This document shows positions 19,009-29,262 of a DNA stretch of 53,536 nucleotides, one piece after another. The translations under genes and the position numbers were made by a program. Source of the DNA: an uncultured Thiothrix sp. (lineage in GTDB: Bacteria; Pseudomonadota; Gammaproteobacteria; Thiotrichales; Thiotrichaceae); NCBI GenBank assembly GCA_964544775.1, contig CAZJDN010000001.1, positions 1-53,536 of the forward strand, written 5' to 3'. Each line of letters opens with the position of its first letter. The first letter of the stretch is position 1. The notes below the pieces were generated by a model. It was not told the DNA's origin. It did not search any database and saw nothing but the letters and a program-made list of their open reading frames with translations.

Positions 19009-21459
19009 ATGATTGCTGTTTTGAGCAAGGATAACTTACGATTCGAGCAGCACCCTGCCATATGGTATATGGATAAGGATGCCAAGCAGGACAACGGGGC
19101 ACAAGTATTTGGTATGCGACCGGCAGGGCTAGGCGCATTTAGAGCTGCATATGCAGCACATAAGATAAATGGAATCGTAGTTTGCAGTGAGGAAGAATTA
19201 GCATATGCGGAAAAATACTTTAACTTTGATGGTCGCATCCGTACCAAAGCGACTATTAAATATAGTAATCTTATTGGCTGTTCTGCTGTTAACCGTGATG
19301 GAGTTAGATTGGTATGCCTTCCAACCATTCCGATGATTCGTGCCAGCCGATCAGATAAGTTTATTGCTAGCCGCATACTCCAGAAGCTTACTCGTCCAGG
19401 CGGGTTCGCGCCAAAGAAATACTTTCATCACATTCACATAAGCCATGAAGGTCAGCATGACACGGCTGTTTTACTACAGATGCTTAAAGGTGAGTGGGTA
19501 GGCGATGCAGGCTACAGGTTCATACCTACGCTGATGAGTGTGGACTTAGAGACTGACGAGGAGAGAGCCTGCCAGATATTTGGAGAGGATGATCTGCGCC
19601 ATTATCTTGGATGTATTGATTTGGTAGGCATAGGAGTCTACGGGCACTTCGAGGATATAAGCGATGGCAGTTATGTGCGCAGCGAAGTGTTTACATTCAC
19701 ATGGGACTATGGTCATGAGTGGCAAGATGAGCTTACTCAGGAGGTGATGGCAAGCCATGTATATAAGACATTCAGTAACGGAATGTATGATAACCAGTAT
19801 CTGCTGCGTTGGGGCTGTCCTGTGTGGGGGTATATACACGATACAGAATACTGGCTACGCGCAATCACTCCAGACCTGACAGGGTACTACAGCTTGCAGA
19901 GTCAAGCCACTCTGTATATGCTGGATGCAAGTTACTGGAAGGATGGTCGCGATGCCAAGAGTCGTAAGGCTTACCAAGAATATTGTGCGCGTGACTGCCA
20001 CAATACTGCGTTGATTGCTGTCGCGCAGATGGCTGCACTCGACAAACAGCAATTCAGGAACTTTGTTATCGGTATGGCGCGAACTCCATTCGCGTTGCAG
20101 TCATCTATGACAGGAATGCAGGGGGACACAGCGCGAGTGAATCAAGAACGTGCCCAAATGAAGCGTGATCTTGAGCAACTTGACAATGACATCCGTGCGA
20201 TCACTGGTTACGGTGCTAATCAAAGCAAGGAATTGCTGCCTCTATTCAAAGGCATGTCCGACCATGCAAAGGCATTGAAGATAGAGGATGTGCCAAGTAT
20301 AAAGAGTACAGACAAGAATGCTATAAGAGATTTGAGTTTTGTACACCCCATGTATAACGATCTACTTACTATGATTTCTGAATACAGGCGTATAGAGAAG
20401 TGGCTTAGTACCTACATTGATATTCGTTGGTTTACCCCGCGTGACAATGGAGAATTGCCAAGCCCAACTATGCCCTATTATTTGTTGTGGACAATCAATC
20501 CGTTCGGGACTAAGTCTGGTAGGCTGTCGTCAGGAGGGTCTGCATTCTGGTGTGGAGTATCAGGGCATACTAATCCACGTGATTTGCGTCACTTGTGGAA
20601 GTCTCCGGAGGGCAAGTTATTTGCCACCTCTGACGCGCCCCAATCAGAGTCTCGTGTAACAGCCCACGAAGCGCGGTGCAGAAGTCTTAAAGAACGTACA
20701 GAAGGTGAGTTGGATTTCCACACCCTGCAAGCCAGCGCATTCTTCGGCATAGAATACAGTGCAATTACTAAGGCTATACGGCAGCTTAGTAAACAAACAA
20801 ACCACGGAGCCAACTATAACATGGGGGCGTTCCAAATGATTATCACTATGGGTATCGCCAATGTGCGCATGGCACAAGAATTACTACATCTGCCCGGAGG
20901 CTGGAGACCGATACAGGTAACAAGCCATCTGTTGAAAGGATTTGCTGACACTTACCCAGAAGTAAAGAACGAGTGGGTAGAGAGGCTGGTTATCGAGTTA
21001 CTTACCACTGGTCGCGTTCACTGCCAAGTCAGTGGTTACGCGCCGATCATGCTTGGCAGTCCTCTGCAATACAAGCCAGACCTTAATAGTCTCATTAGTA
21101 TTGTGCCACAAAGTACCAGTGCATATATTTCCATCAAAGGTACTATGGCACTATTCAGTAATTGGCTATACAACGGCAGTGGAGTTATGCCTGTGATTCA
21201 GATTCACGATGAGAACGTTACATTAATTGACATCAATGAGGACGTACAGTATGTAGATGCTCTCTATAACAAGTGCTGTCGTAGAGAATACGAAGTGAGG
21301 TGGTCAACAGCTAGTGACCCTAATGCTACCGAAACTCTGTGCATACCTGTAGGTATACCTGCCTTTGGCACCCACTGGAACCAACTTAAAGCAGACGGGA
21401 TACCGCGGGACGATAGACTTAAATGTCGGGAATATCTACCTCAAGCTAAGGAGGCATAG
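19009..21459 (+). CDS. polA: family A DNA polymerase with 3'-5' exonuclease
   Basis: Exonuclease motifs VDLETD, NGMYD, YCARD; TKSGRLSS; motif A SDAPQSESR; motif B RQLSKQTNHGANY; motif C IQIHDE. Confidence 0.92.
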   Translation: MIAVLSKDNLRFEQHPAIWYMDKDAKQDNGAQVFGMRPAGLGAFRAAYAAHKINGIVVCSEEELAYAEKYFNFDGRIRTKATIKYSNLIGCSAVNRDGVRLVCLPTIPMIRASRSDKFIASRILQKLTRPGGFAPKKYFHHIHISHEGQHDTAVLLQMLKGEWVGDAGYRFIPTLMSVDLETDEERACQIFGEDDLRHYLGCIDLVGIGVYGHFEDISDGSYVRSEVFTFTWDYGHEWQDELTQEVMASHVYKTFSNGMYDNQYLLRWGCPVWGYIHDTEYWLRAITPDLTGYYSLQSQATLYMLDASYWKDGRDAKSRKAYQEYCARDCHNTALIAVAQMAALDKQQFRNFVIGMARTPFALQSSMTGMQGDTARVNQERAQMKRDLEQLDNDIRAITGYGANQSKELLPLFKGMSDHAKALKIEDVPSIKSTDKNAIRDLSFVHPMYNDLLTMISEYRRIEKWLSTYIDIRWFTPRDNGELPSPTMPYYLLWTINPFGTKSGRLSSGGSAFWCGVSGHTNPRDLRHLWKSPEGKLFATSDAPQSESRVTAHEARCRSLKERTEGELDFHTLQASAFFGIEYSAITKAIRQLSKQTNHGANYNMGAFQMIITMGIANVRMAQELLHLPGGWRPIQVTSHLLKGFADTYPEVKNEWVERLVIELLTTGRVHCQVSGYAPIMLGSPLQYKPDLNSLISIVPQSTSAYISIKGTMALFSNWLYNGSGVMPVIQIHDENVTLIDINEDVQYVDALYNKCCRREYEVRWSTASDPNATETLCIPVGIPAFGTHWNQLKADGIPRDDRLKCREYLPQAKEA

Positions 21460-21461
21460 TC

Positions 21462-22865
21462 GTGCCATTTCAACATCATTCAAGTGTACCTAAACTGCAA
21501 CAAGTGTGGATGAATATAAACATGGAGCGAGAAGCTCCATGGATATATACCAGAATAGCGTCGTTTGCTACAGTGGCGGCACTACTCGGGCGTCGGGTAT
21601 GGCTGCCATACGGCAGCAGATTGCTCTATCCAAACTTGTATGTAGTGCTGGCAGGCGAGCCTGCCAGCAAGAAATCCACTATCATTAATCAGTCAACAGA
21701 CTTCGCAAGGGTAGCAGGCTTTAGAAACCTGTCCCCTAAGCATCTTAATCGCACTAAGCTCCTAAAGGACTTGCAAAGTATGTCCCATGCCAAAGATTTC
21801 GTAGCTATACGCAGGCAGAGGGATGCCACTATAAAGGGGATGGCAAAGCTAAAAGGCATAGACCCTGAAAGAGTATACAGGGATGTAGGAGAAACAGGGG
21901 CAAAGGATGTAACAGCCGAGGAACTTGAAGCCGCTGATGTAAGTGACGATGATAACTTCGCATTAGGAGGAGTAGATGATGGCAGGGACAATGAAATGTT
22001 TCTGTCCATGCCTGAAATGACAGACAACACTAAGAGTGGTTCTGTTGAGCTATGGACTACAGTGAATAATCTGTGGGATAACCACGGCACTTATTCAGAT
22101 GCAAGCGGTATAGTGATTCCAAAGCCATGTATTAACTTGCTGGGGGCGGTGAATCCGTCATCATTTAACAAGGTGTTCCCTCCGACTGAAATGCAGTCAG
22201 GACTGATTACTCGTATAATTCTTGTACGTGGGCATAAGACAGACAGATTCTTGTTACCTATGGATTTCAGGGACACGTATGAAGAAGAAGTACAAGTAAT
22301 TAAGATGCTGCGTAACATGATGGATGTGGAGGGAGCAATAAAGGTAGACGCAGATGCACTTAATCTTGTGCGTGATATTGGTAAACATCAACCACGTATT
22401 GCTGACACACGGTTTTCCTATTACTACGACAGGAGACTAGAGCAGCTATTCAAGCTCTGTATGATTGCTGCTGTAATGCATGGTCGAATGACAGTAACGT
22501 CTGCTGACGTGCTGTACTGCAATACAGTTCTTACATACAATGAATGGCACATGGCAGATGCGCTCGGCGATTATGGAATAAGCAGTACGATGAGAGCAGC
22601 AGACCAGATACTAATGGCTCTGCGTAATACCCACGACAAGGCAATGACTCGTCCTCAGCTGAACCGCGCAGTGCATCATCAAATGCCAAACACACTAGTG
22701 TATTCTGAGGCGCTCACTTACTTAAAAGACACCGGGGCTGTCACTATGGCAGCAGGCAAAGTCTATCTGAACACTAAGCAGCTTGACGAACTAGACAAGT
22801 TCGATGGCAGACTTTACGACAGCTCACTACTCCCCGAGTGGCTTGAGCAAGTCAATAAAATGTAG
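21462..22865 (+). CDS. DUF3987-like AAA+ helicase with no primase domain seen
   Basis: YPNLYVVLAGEPASKKST Walker A, PCINLLGA, SGLITRIILV arginine-finger region, C-terminal winged-helix-like segment; directly after the polymerase. Confidence 0.7.
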   Translation: MPFQHHSSVPKLQQVWMNINMEREAPWIYTRIASFATVAALLGRRVWLPYGSRLLYPNLYVVLAGEPASKKSTIINQSTDFARVAGFRNLSPKHLNRTKLLKDLQSMSHAKDFVAIRRQRDATIKGMAKLKGIDPERVYRDVGETGAKDVTAEELEAADVSDDDNFALGGVDDGRDNEMFLSMPEMTDNTKSGSVELWTTVNNLWDNHGTYSDASGIVIPKPCINLLGAVNPSSFNKVFPPTEMQSGLITRIILVRGHKTDRFLLPMDFRDTYEEEVQVIKMLRNMMDVEGAIKVDADALNLVRDIGKHQPRIADTRFSYYYDRRLEQLFKLCMIAAVMHGRMTVTSADVLYCNTVLTYNEWHMADALGDYGISSTMRAADQILMALRNTHDKAMTRPQLNRAVHHQMPNTLVYSEALTYLKDTGAVTMAAGKVYLNTKQLDELDKFDGRLYDSSLLPEWLEQVNKM

Positions 22866-23039
22866 GAAGCAGGGCATAAGCCCTGCACTACCTCTAGCAT
22901 AACGGGCAAGTGCTAGAGTAGCCCCGCATGGGGGTCGCGTAGCCCAACTAACTTATCCTATTAGGAGACTATTACATGAAAACTCCCATCAGCTTAGGAG
23001 GGCATAAGAGCTGCCCTCCTTTAACTAAGGAGATAACCA

Positions 23040-23885
23040 ATGAGTAAGTTGTCAAAAATCCCGCTGCTGGTATCAGCAATCATGCTGCAAAGCGGAGGCG
23101 CATACGCTAAGCAGCCCGCCGAAATCATGGACTTCAACCAGATGTTAGGCGTAATGATCGCAGCATCTGAACAAATAGTGCTGAAGAAAGGCGCAGCTTA
23201 TATTAAGCCTGCTGATGCACTAGCCGATGAATCTGCATTACCTCAAAATCCTGAAGTGCTTAAGCAAGCTGAGCCACCTGCTAAAGCTGCGCGAGTACCT
23301 CTGCTCACCAATGTAACAGATAGCTGGATTAAGCAGACTAAGTGGACTAAGTCCAAAAGCTTTGCCATGCTTGACCAGATGAACGATGAAGCGGGTTTGC
23401 CTAAAGGCACTCTGCCTACATTATGGGTTGCTGAATCCATGGCAGGTAAATTGAACGTGCGTAACCGCCATGGTTATGTTGGTCATTTTCAGATAGGGGA
23501 CTATGAGAAGGGCAAGTATTGTCCGAAAGGTACAAGTCGTCGCAATCTTAAAGATGCTGCCACATGCACAATCAACTTGCTCAAGGACTACAGCAAAAAA
23601 TCTGGTATCGAACTTGATTCTGTGCTCAATGCATATAGCTTGCATAACCAAGGCTTTAATGGAGCCAAAAAAATGCGACAGACTGCCGAAACAGGAGCCC
23701 CGTTGCGTGGAACTGTTTTGCGTAACATGCGCAGCAATACATTCAAAAGGATCAAACAGCAGCTATGGAACAGTGATGGCTCTCCCAAGGGTGGCGCACA
23801 GGAGGTTGCAAAGGGATTCATGATGTATTGGGATTCAGAGCTTGATCGCATCCTTGAAGGGCTTGGGTATACGACTGACAACTAG
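23040..23885 (+). CDS. exported lysozyme-like/lytic transglycosylase
   Basis: Signal peptide ending AYA; LWVAES (catalytic Glu), GHFQI, YSLHNQG motifs; AAGGAG RBS. Confidence 0.65.
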   Translation: MSKLSKIPLLVSAIMLQSGGAYAKQPAEIMDFNQMLGVMIAASEQIVLKKGAAYIKPADALADESALPQNPEVLKQAEPPAKAARVPLLTNVTDSWIKQTKWTKSKSFAMLDQMNDEAGLPKGTLPTLWVAESMAGKLNVRNRHGYVGHFQIGDYEKGKYCPKGTSRRNLKDAATCTINLLKDYSKKSGIELDSVLNAYSLHNQGFNGAKKMRQTAETGAPLRGTVLRNMRSNTFKRIKQQLWNSDGSPKGGAQEVAKGFMMYWDSELDRILEGLGYTTDN

Positions 23886-23892
23886 GGAGGCT

Positions 23893-24037
23893 AACTCCCT
23901 CCCGGCGTAAATGAATCATAACAATTGCTCAGGCTATCTTGTCAAGGGCGCAGTCAGCTCCGCTGATGCGCGGCTATGCCGCGCACCCTTGACAAGATAG
24001 ACGCAATTGTTACAATGATTCATGCCGGGGGAGAGTT
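23893..24037 (+). promoter_or_regulatory. structured hairpin-promoter element E7
   Basis: CTCCCTCCCGGC...TAACAATTGC-TCAGG-CTATCTTGTCAAGGG [same core as E6] CCCTTGACAAGATAG-AC-GCAATTGTTA...GCCGGGGGAGAG; TTGACA-16-TACAAT and TTGACA-19-TATGAT. Confidence 0.85.
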
Positions 24038-24112
24038 CTACACTTCAACATGAGGAGAACATATCATGCCTAAAGAGACACACGTAGATGCTAATACCCA
24101 TGCCCCCATCCT

Positions 24113-27100
24113 TTATTCAGGCGCACCGAATATTGCTCGCTTCTGTGCGATAATATCTCGGTCTTTGGAGAGCGTCTTATCCAAGCGCTCATACAAATCC
24201 CCTTTACCTTTTGCCAGTTGATCTACAAGAAAGCCATCAAAGTTTTCCTGTAGCCCTCCTGCCTTTATGTACCGACGTTGCATCGAATACACAGTGTTGG
24301 GGTCTTGCAGTTTGTCAGGAGAATGAGTTTGCATCAGACGAATCTCTTCTCCGAGTTGCTGTTTTTTGGCAGCATCGTCAGCCTTATACGCAAGCATCCG
24401 ATATTGGAAGTCACGCGCCACCTGCTCATTGAGTGGTCGCATCCCTACAAGTCGTAAGCCTGTCGTCAGTGACCATAGATCATCATGGAACATCACCGTG
24501 TTGAAGTTGCTGTCAATAGACTTGCCTCGCAATACATCCCCAAGCCCCGTCAAAGGTCGGTTCAGACCAACATTCAACAATCCATTCCACAACGTATTCC
24601 CTATAGGAGCGCCGTGCATGATATGACTTGCTGTTTCAGAGAAGCTGGCAATACCTTTAGTCAGCGCATTGACCAGAGGCACATCCGCAGTGCTGCTCGG
24701 TATCAGTATTGGGCTACGCGGAGTCAAGCCACCACGAGTATACATGTTACCTTGCAGCAAGAATGCACCTGCACCGTACATGATAAAATCTGCCAAGTCT
24801 CGTTTCTGAGTCTGACCAAAAGCTACGGCAGCCGCCCCGTACAAATCCTGTCTGCCCTGAGTTCGTTCAGCAACGATATTCTCGTTGATGTAGTTAAACC
24901 CAGGCATAGAGGATACCCCAAAGAACGTACTGTTGAGGGCGGCAAGCATAGCAGGAGCACTCTTCACATTGTTGTCCGCATACCTGAATAGATTAGCCAT
25001 CAGATGGAACTGGTAGCTCTGGTATAGGCTAACAGCAATCCCAGCTGCACCTTGGAATAGGCGGGGCTTCTGCGCAGTATTATAGACAGCATTTACCTTA
25101 CGGCTAAACGAAAACATGAAGGTCTTTAATTCTGAGTCCTTCATGCCAAGCGCCGAGCCTAAGCTTTCAGCAATGTCCAGCGCCACATACTGAGTAAGCA
25201 TGTTCGTGGCATCAGATGGTTTAGTGCCGTACTCGTATGCTTTACGCGCAGCCTTTATGCCATTACGTTTCCACGCTGCTAAGTCTTCTGGCTTCTTGAA
25301 GAACCCTGCTTTTAATCTAGCCTCTTCAAACATTTCGCGCATAAGCTTATCGTTATGGAACATCATGCCGTCAGCTACCCACTTGTCGATACGCTCCTTG
25401 CCTTTGTCTGTCCATACCTCTGCGACAGCCTTCTTGTACGCTTTCCCCATACTCATAAGATTAAGTTCTGCGCCAGCGTCAAATCCCTGTGACTTAGCAG
25501 TGCCAAATAACTTGGTAACTTCGTCGTCGAATACCTTCTGTACCTCTGGAGTAGCTCGCCCGTACAGTGTCTTGAGGTACTGCATCTCACTGCATGTCTT
25601 AACTACATTCCCCAAGATATTCATCATGGCGTCAGTAGCATCCAACCGCAACAACAAGCTTGCCTGAATATGGTTGAGCCAACTCACGGAGTTACGTATA
25701 GCGGAAGGGTCTACCTGCATCTCTCTAGCTAGCCGCTCTGCTGTTGCATCAGCCAGTGTTACCCGAATGCCACGTTCTTTCAATGCATCAGCCACAGCTT
25801 TGGCTTCTTCGTCGAACTTGGCAATATCATCAGCCTTGGCTCCGCGTAAGGCAGCTATGCTCTTGTTAACTACAGTAAGTCCTTTAGCAGTCCAGTCCTC
25901 CAAGAAGTTATTGAGCTGTTTCCATTGACCTCCTCCGTGTGAATCGCTGCCAAGCAGAGTATTAACAAGTTGCTGGTAGTCGGAGGCTGCTTTAGTTGCA
26001 CCCTTAGCAGCTATCCCTAGGTCGCCGCTGGCAGCGCTCTCCCATTGTCGGACAGCAGTGTTAGCCTTGCTGATAAAGTCACTATATTGCAGTTCAATTG
26101 CGCTACGCATAACAGCCTTGTTGCTGCGCTGGAACCATTCATACTCGTCAACGAGTACCTTATGAATATCCGTTTCTGGGGTGAGAGCTGCGGTAGCGCC
26201 TGTGCGGTGCAGACCAGATGCAACATAACTACTGCTGATGTCATCGCCTTGCCACTCCCAGCGGTTACGAGCTTGCTGAAACTCTTTAATATCCTTTGGA
26301 TATTTGATCGACATATTCACGCCAGTATTAGCGTAATGTTCTGTGGCTTGCTGAATCTTTGCAGTCAGCTCAGATTGGCTATTAGCAGTAATGCGGAAAA
26401 CAGCTTCGCTGTTTTCGACCAGTGGGTTAGACGCACCTTCTACAACGAATGCTACATGCTTGAAGTTACGAGGAGGCGCGTATACAGCCTCGGAATCAAA
26501 TGGGTTCACGTTGCCATAGGCACTATGCACCTTGATCTTGTTCCTTGCAATATGCTCTTGGTTAAGTCTCTGCACGATATTGAAATGATTCTTCGCCTCA
26601 GCATGATTAAATCTAAAGTAATCATCGCCATGACGTAATCCGCCAAGGGCTTCATCCACACTTTTACCAGTGAGAATATCCGATTTAACTTGTGCAAATA
26701 CGTCCTCACGTGCAAGCAACCCGTCACCCACATTGTAGAACTTCTTGTCCTGACGTGAGTACCACTCCAAGTATGCCAGATATTCCGCAGCACCCTCTTT
26801 GCTGGCAGCAAGTGAAGTGCCGGAGTCTTTCAGCGCGGGGGACATCTGAGTAACAAATTTTGTACTTGCCAGATTATCCAGCCAATTGCCAATGTACGCA
26901 ACCTTCTGCTGTAGGCTGCCATAATCTCCGATGCTAGGGGCTGCCATAAAGAACCGTTGGTGGCTATATCCGTGGACAGCCTCCAGCGACAGCTCTGGCA
27001 GCTCGCCTGACAGGGCATTGATGCTATCACGTCCTAGAATATTGGCAGCCACACTGCGAAATGTAGCAGCCTGTTCAGCTCTCAGTGATTCAGCAATAGT

Positions 27101-29224
27101 GGCTGCACTAAGCCCAGCATTATCCATGTCCGGACGGTCATGGACAGCAGTGATTACGCGACGTTTCAACAGGCTCTTGTGATCACCAATAATCTCCTCT
27201 GGAGTTACAGCTTTAATTCCCTGATCTTTGGCAGTCATGATGCCACTTACTTGACGCACATCGCTATAACCTATGCTGTTATATAGACTATCTGCGTCTA
27301 TGTCTGGGTGAGCAGCCAGTAGACGCTCATACTCAGCGCCTTTAGTTTTAGCGATAAAGTCAATGGCTTCCATTCTGTCAACAATCTGACCGCTCGGCAG
27401 CTTTACTTTGTTGCCTTCACTGGCATATTTAACCAATCTTTCCAGCACGTATGCATCAGCGGTAGTCATGCGACCGATGACATTAGTTGAGAGTCCTCCG
27501 GACTCTCCCAGCAGAGCGCGATAGCCTTGGTACTCGAACAGGTCAGTTACATTGTGGGTGCTTGCGGCATCTTTAGCATACAAGACTTTGGTAACACCAG
27601 CATCTTCATAACTAATTACTTGTGCGGTTTTATTGTAGGCGAATCCCTTCATATCCGCAATATGCCGGATGGGGCTATCGACAAATTGCTTAGTTACTGT
27701 ATCAATGTAACTGCGCACAGTGTTTCCGTAGACAGCCAACGCTGTATCGTCACCGAGCTTGGTGAGATACGCAGACATCTGGGGGTATTTGTTACTGGCT
27801 GTAGCCAACCCGTTTTTGCTGTACTTGTAGAAGTCTTGTAGAATGGAAAAAATGCTTGCATCCGCTGCATACCCTCGCTGAATAGCGAATGCAGTTATTT
27901 CATCTGACATTCCTTTGACAGCCTTAGCATCCTGTTGGAAAATGCTAGCATGAGCTGCCGCCTGCTGTCGGGTGGTTATGTCGTCAGGTAGATTATCGAG
28001 AATATTCACTACCTGCTTGCCGCCCTGTGCACGAGGAGCGGACGCAAAGATATTCTCACCGTCAAAGACACTGGAGGGGCTGCCTTCCCGAACACTGGCT
28101 AAGTCTGCCTTGCTGAGCCTACTAAGTTCAGTGTCCGTCAACAAATTGTCTAACAACTTACGCTGATCAAATGCTTCATAAGTAGAATACTCCACCTTCT
28201 GCATACGGGAAAATACGTCTACAAGTTGGCGTCTGCCAGTAGGTGTAGCCGCATTCTCTCTGATAAATCCGCGTAGCTGATTCGCTGCATCAGTCGAGTC
28301 CCCCTTGGGAAACATATCAGTGAGCAGCGCGTCAAGATCAGTTTTGGCAAGTGCAAGGTTCTTGGTCTTTGTTGCTGCCTGCAATGGGTTTGCAGTAGGC
28401 AGCGCATCAATGCGGTCGTACTCGCCAATTACATGAGTTAGTTTGTAGCCAGTGCCCTGCTGGGTTGGCAGATTATTGGCACGACTTGACAGGGAACTAT
28501 ATAAGAAAGGAGCCTCATCATTGTTGAAGACAGCCTTGGCTACCCTCTTGGTATCGCCAACAGCAGCAATGCCGCCGAACGTACCTCCGATTGCTCCTTG
28601 CAACAGCCCACCAAACAGCAGACTTTCGCCTATTTGAGCTGCCTTTTCTGTAGCACTCATGCCTTCTTTATTAAGAAGCTCTCCGTAGTTAAGGGACGCA
28701 TCAATGGCAGCGGTAGTGATAGCGCCTTCCACGAATTGTTGAGCGCCTTTAGCTGCATATAGCTTTAACTTCAAGTCTCCGACAGCAGCCGCGCTGCCTA
28801 GGCGCTTGTAGGCTTCTTTAATGCTGTTACTGTAGTTAAGTGCTTTATTGTCGAAGTACCCGATAAGCTTTTGTGCACCTGCGCCATATTTACCGAGCTT
28901 GGCTAACGACAGAGCTTTAGTGGCAATTCCCCCCGGGATTAAGCTAAGCGCCAAGTCCCCAGCCAAATCATATCCTGCGCGATGTCGGATATATTCATCG
29001 GCTAATTGATAGTTGCCACTACGCTCTAATTCATCGCTTACACTGTACAATTCTGTGTTCTCGTCGACAGCCCCTACCCACTTGCCCAAGCTAATAGCGT
29101 TATTCGCCAGCCCATACATGCCAGCGTGTAGTGTGATATTTGCACGATCAAGCAGAGAAATACTTTGTACACTATCGGCATAATCTGCATCGAATGTCAA
29201 TGCTTTAAATGTTCCAGTAGCCAT
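24113..29224 (-). CDS. large internal virion (DNA ejection) protein
   Basis: 1703-aa Ala-rich helical ORF, last gene of the structural arm as in podoviruses; GAGGAG RBS. Confidence 0.7.
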   Translation of the reverse strand: MATGTFKALTFDADYADSVQSISLLDRANITLHAGMYGLANNAISLGKWVGAVDENTELYSVSDELERSGNYQLADEYIRHRAGYDLAGDLALSLIPGGIATKALSLAKLGKYGAGAQKLIGYFDNKALNYSNSIKEAYKRLGSAAAVGDLKLKLYAAKGAQQFVEGAITTAAIDASLNYGELLNKEGMSATEKAAQIGESLLFGGLLQGAIGGTFGGIAAVGDTKRVAKAVFNNDEAPFLYSSLSSRANNLPTQQGTGYKLTHVIGEYDRIDALPTANPLQAATKTKNLALAKTDLDALLTDMFPKGDSTDAANQLRGFIRENAATPTGRRQLVDVFSRMQKVEYSTYEAFDQRKLLDNLLTDTELSRLSKADLASVREGSPSSVFDGENIFASAPRAQGGKQVVNILDNLPDDITTRQQAAAHASIFQQDAKAVKGMSDEITAFAIQRGYAADASIFSILQDFYKYSKNGLATASNKYPQMSAYLTKLGDDTALAVYGNTVRSYIDTVTKQFVDSPIRHIADMKGFAYNKTAQVISYEDAGVTKVLYAKDAASTHNVTDLFEYQGYRALLGESGGLSTNVIGRMTTADAYVLERLVKYASEGNKVKLPSGQIVDRMEAIDFIAKTKGAEYERLLAAHPDIDADSLYNSIGYSDVRQVSGIMTAKDQGIKAVTPEEIIGDHKSLLKRRVITAVHDRPDMDNAGLSAATIAESLRAEQAATFRSVAANILGRDSINALSGELPELSLEAVHGYSHQRFFMAAPSIGDYGSLQQKVAYIGNWLDNLASTKFVTQMSPALKDSGTSLAASKEGAAEYLAYLEWYSRQDKKFYNVGDGLLAREDVFAQVKSDILTGKSVDEALGGLRHGDDYFRFNHAEAKNHFNIVQRLNQEHIARNKIKVHSAYGNVNPFDSEAVYAPPRNFKHVAFVVEGASNPLVENSEAVFRITANSQSELTAKIQQATEHYANTGVNMSIKYPKDIKEFQQARNRWEWQGDDISSSYVASGLHRTGATAALTPETDIHKVLVDEYEWFQRSNKAVMRSAIELQYSDFISKANTAVRQWESAASGDLGIAAKGATKAASDYQQLVNTLLGSDSHGGGQWKQLNNFLEDWTAKGLTVVNKSIAALRGAKADDIAKFDEEAKAVADALKERGIRVTLADATAERLAREMQVDPSAIRNSVSWLNHIQASLLLRLDATDAMMNILGNVVKTCSEMQYLKTLYGRATPEVQKVFDDEVTKLFGTAKSQGFDAGAELNLMSMGKAYKKAVAEVWTDKGKERIDKWVADGMMFHNDKLMREMFEEARLKAGFFKKPEDLAAWKRNGIKAARKAYEYGTKPSDATNMLTQYVALDIAESLGSALGMKDSELKTFMFSFSRKVNAVYNTAQKPRLFQGAAGIAVSLYQSYQFHLMANLFRYADNNVKSAPAMLAALNSTFFGVSSMPGFNYINENIVAERTQGRQDLYGAAAVAFGQTQKRDLADFIMYGAGAFLLQGNMYTRGGLTPRSPILIPSSTADVPLVNALTKGIASFSETASHIMHGAPIGNTLWNGLLNVGLNRPLTGLGDVLRGKSIDSNFNTVMFHDDLWSLTTGLRLVGMRPLNEQVARDFQYRMLAYKADDAAKKQQLGEEIRLMQTHSPDKLQDPNTVYSMQRRYIKAGGLQENFDGFLVDQLAKGKGDLYERLDKTLSKDRDIIAQKRAIFGAPE

Positions 29225-29262
29225 AAGGCTCTCCTCGAATTAAGATGTCTTGTTAAGCGTAT

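Noticed and set aside
24113-29224. N4-like virion RNA polymerase that would read the hairpins
   Set aside because: About half the size of N4 vRNAP and no T7-type RNAP catalytic motifs were recognised; the elements carry sigma70 boxes instead.
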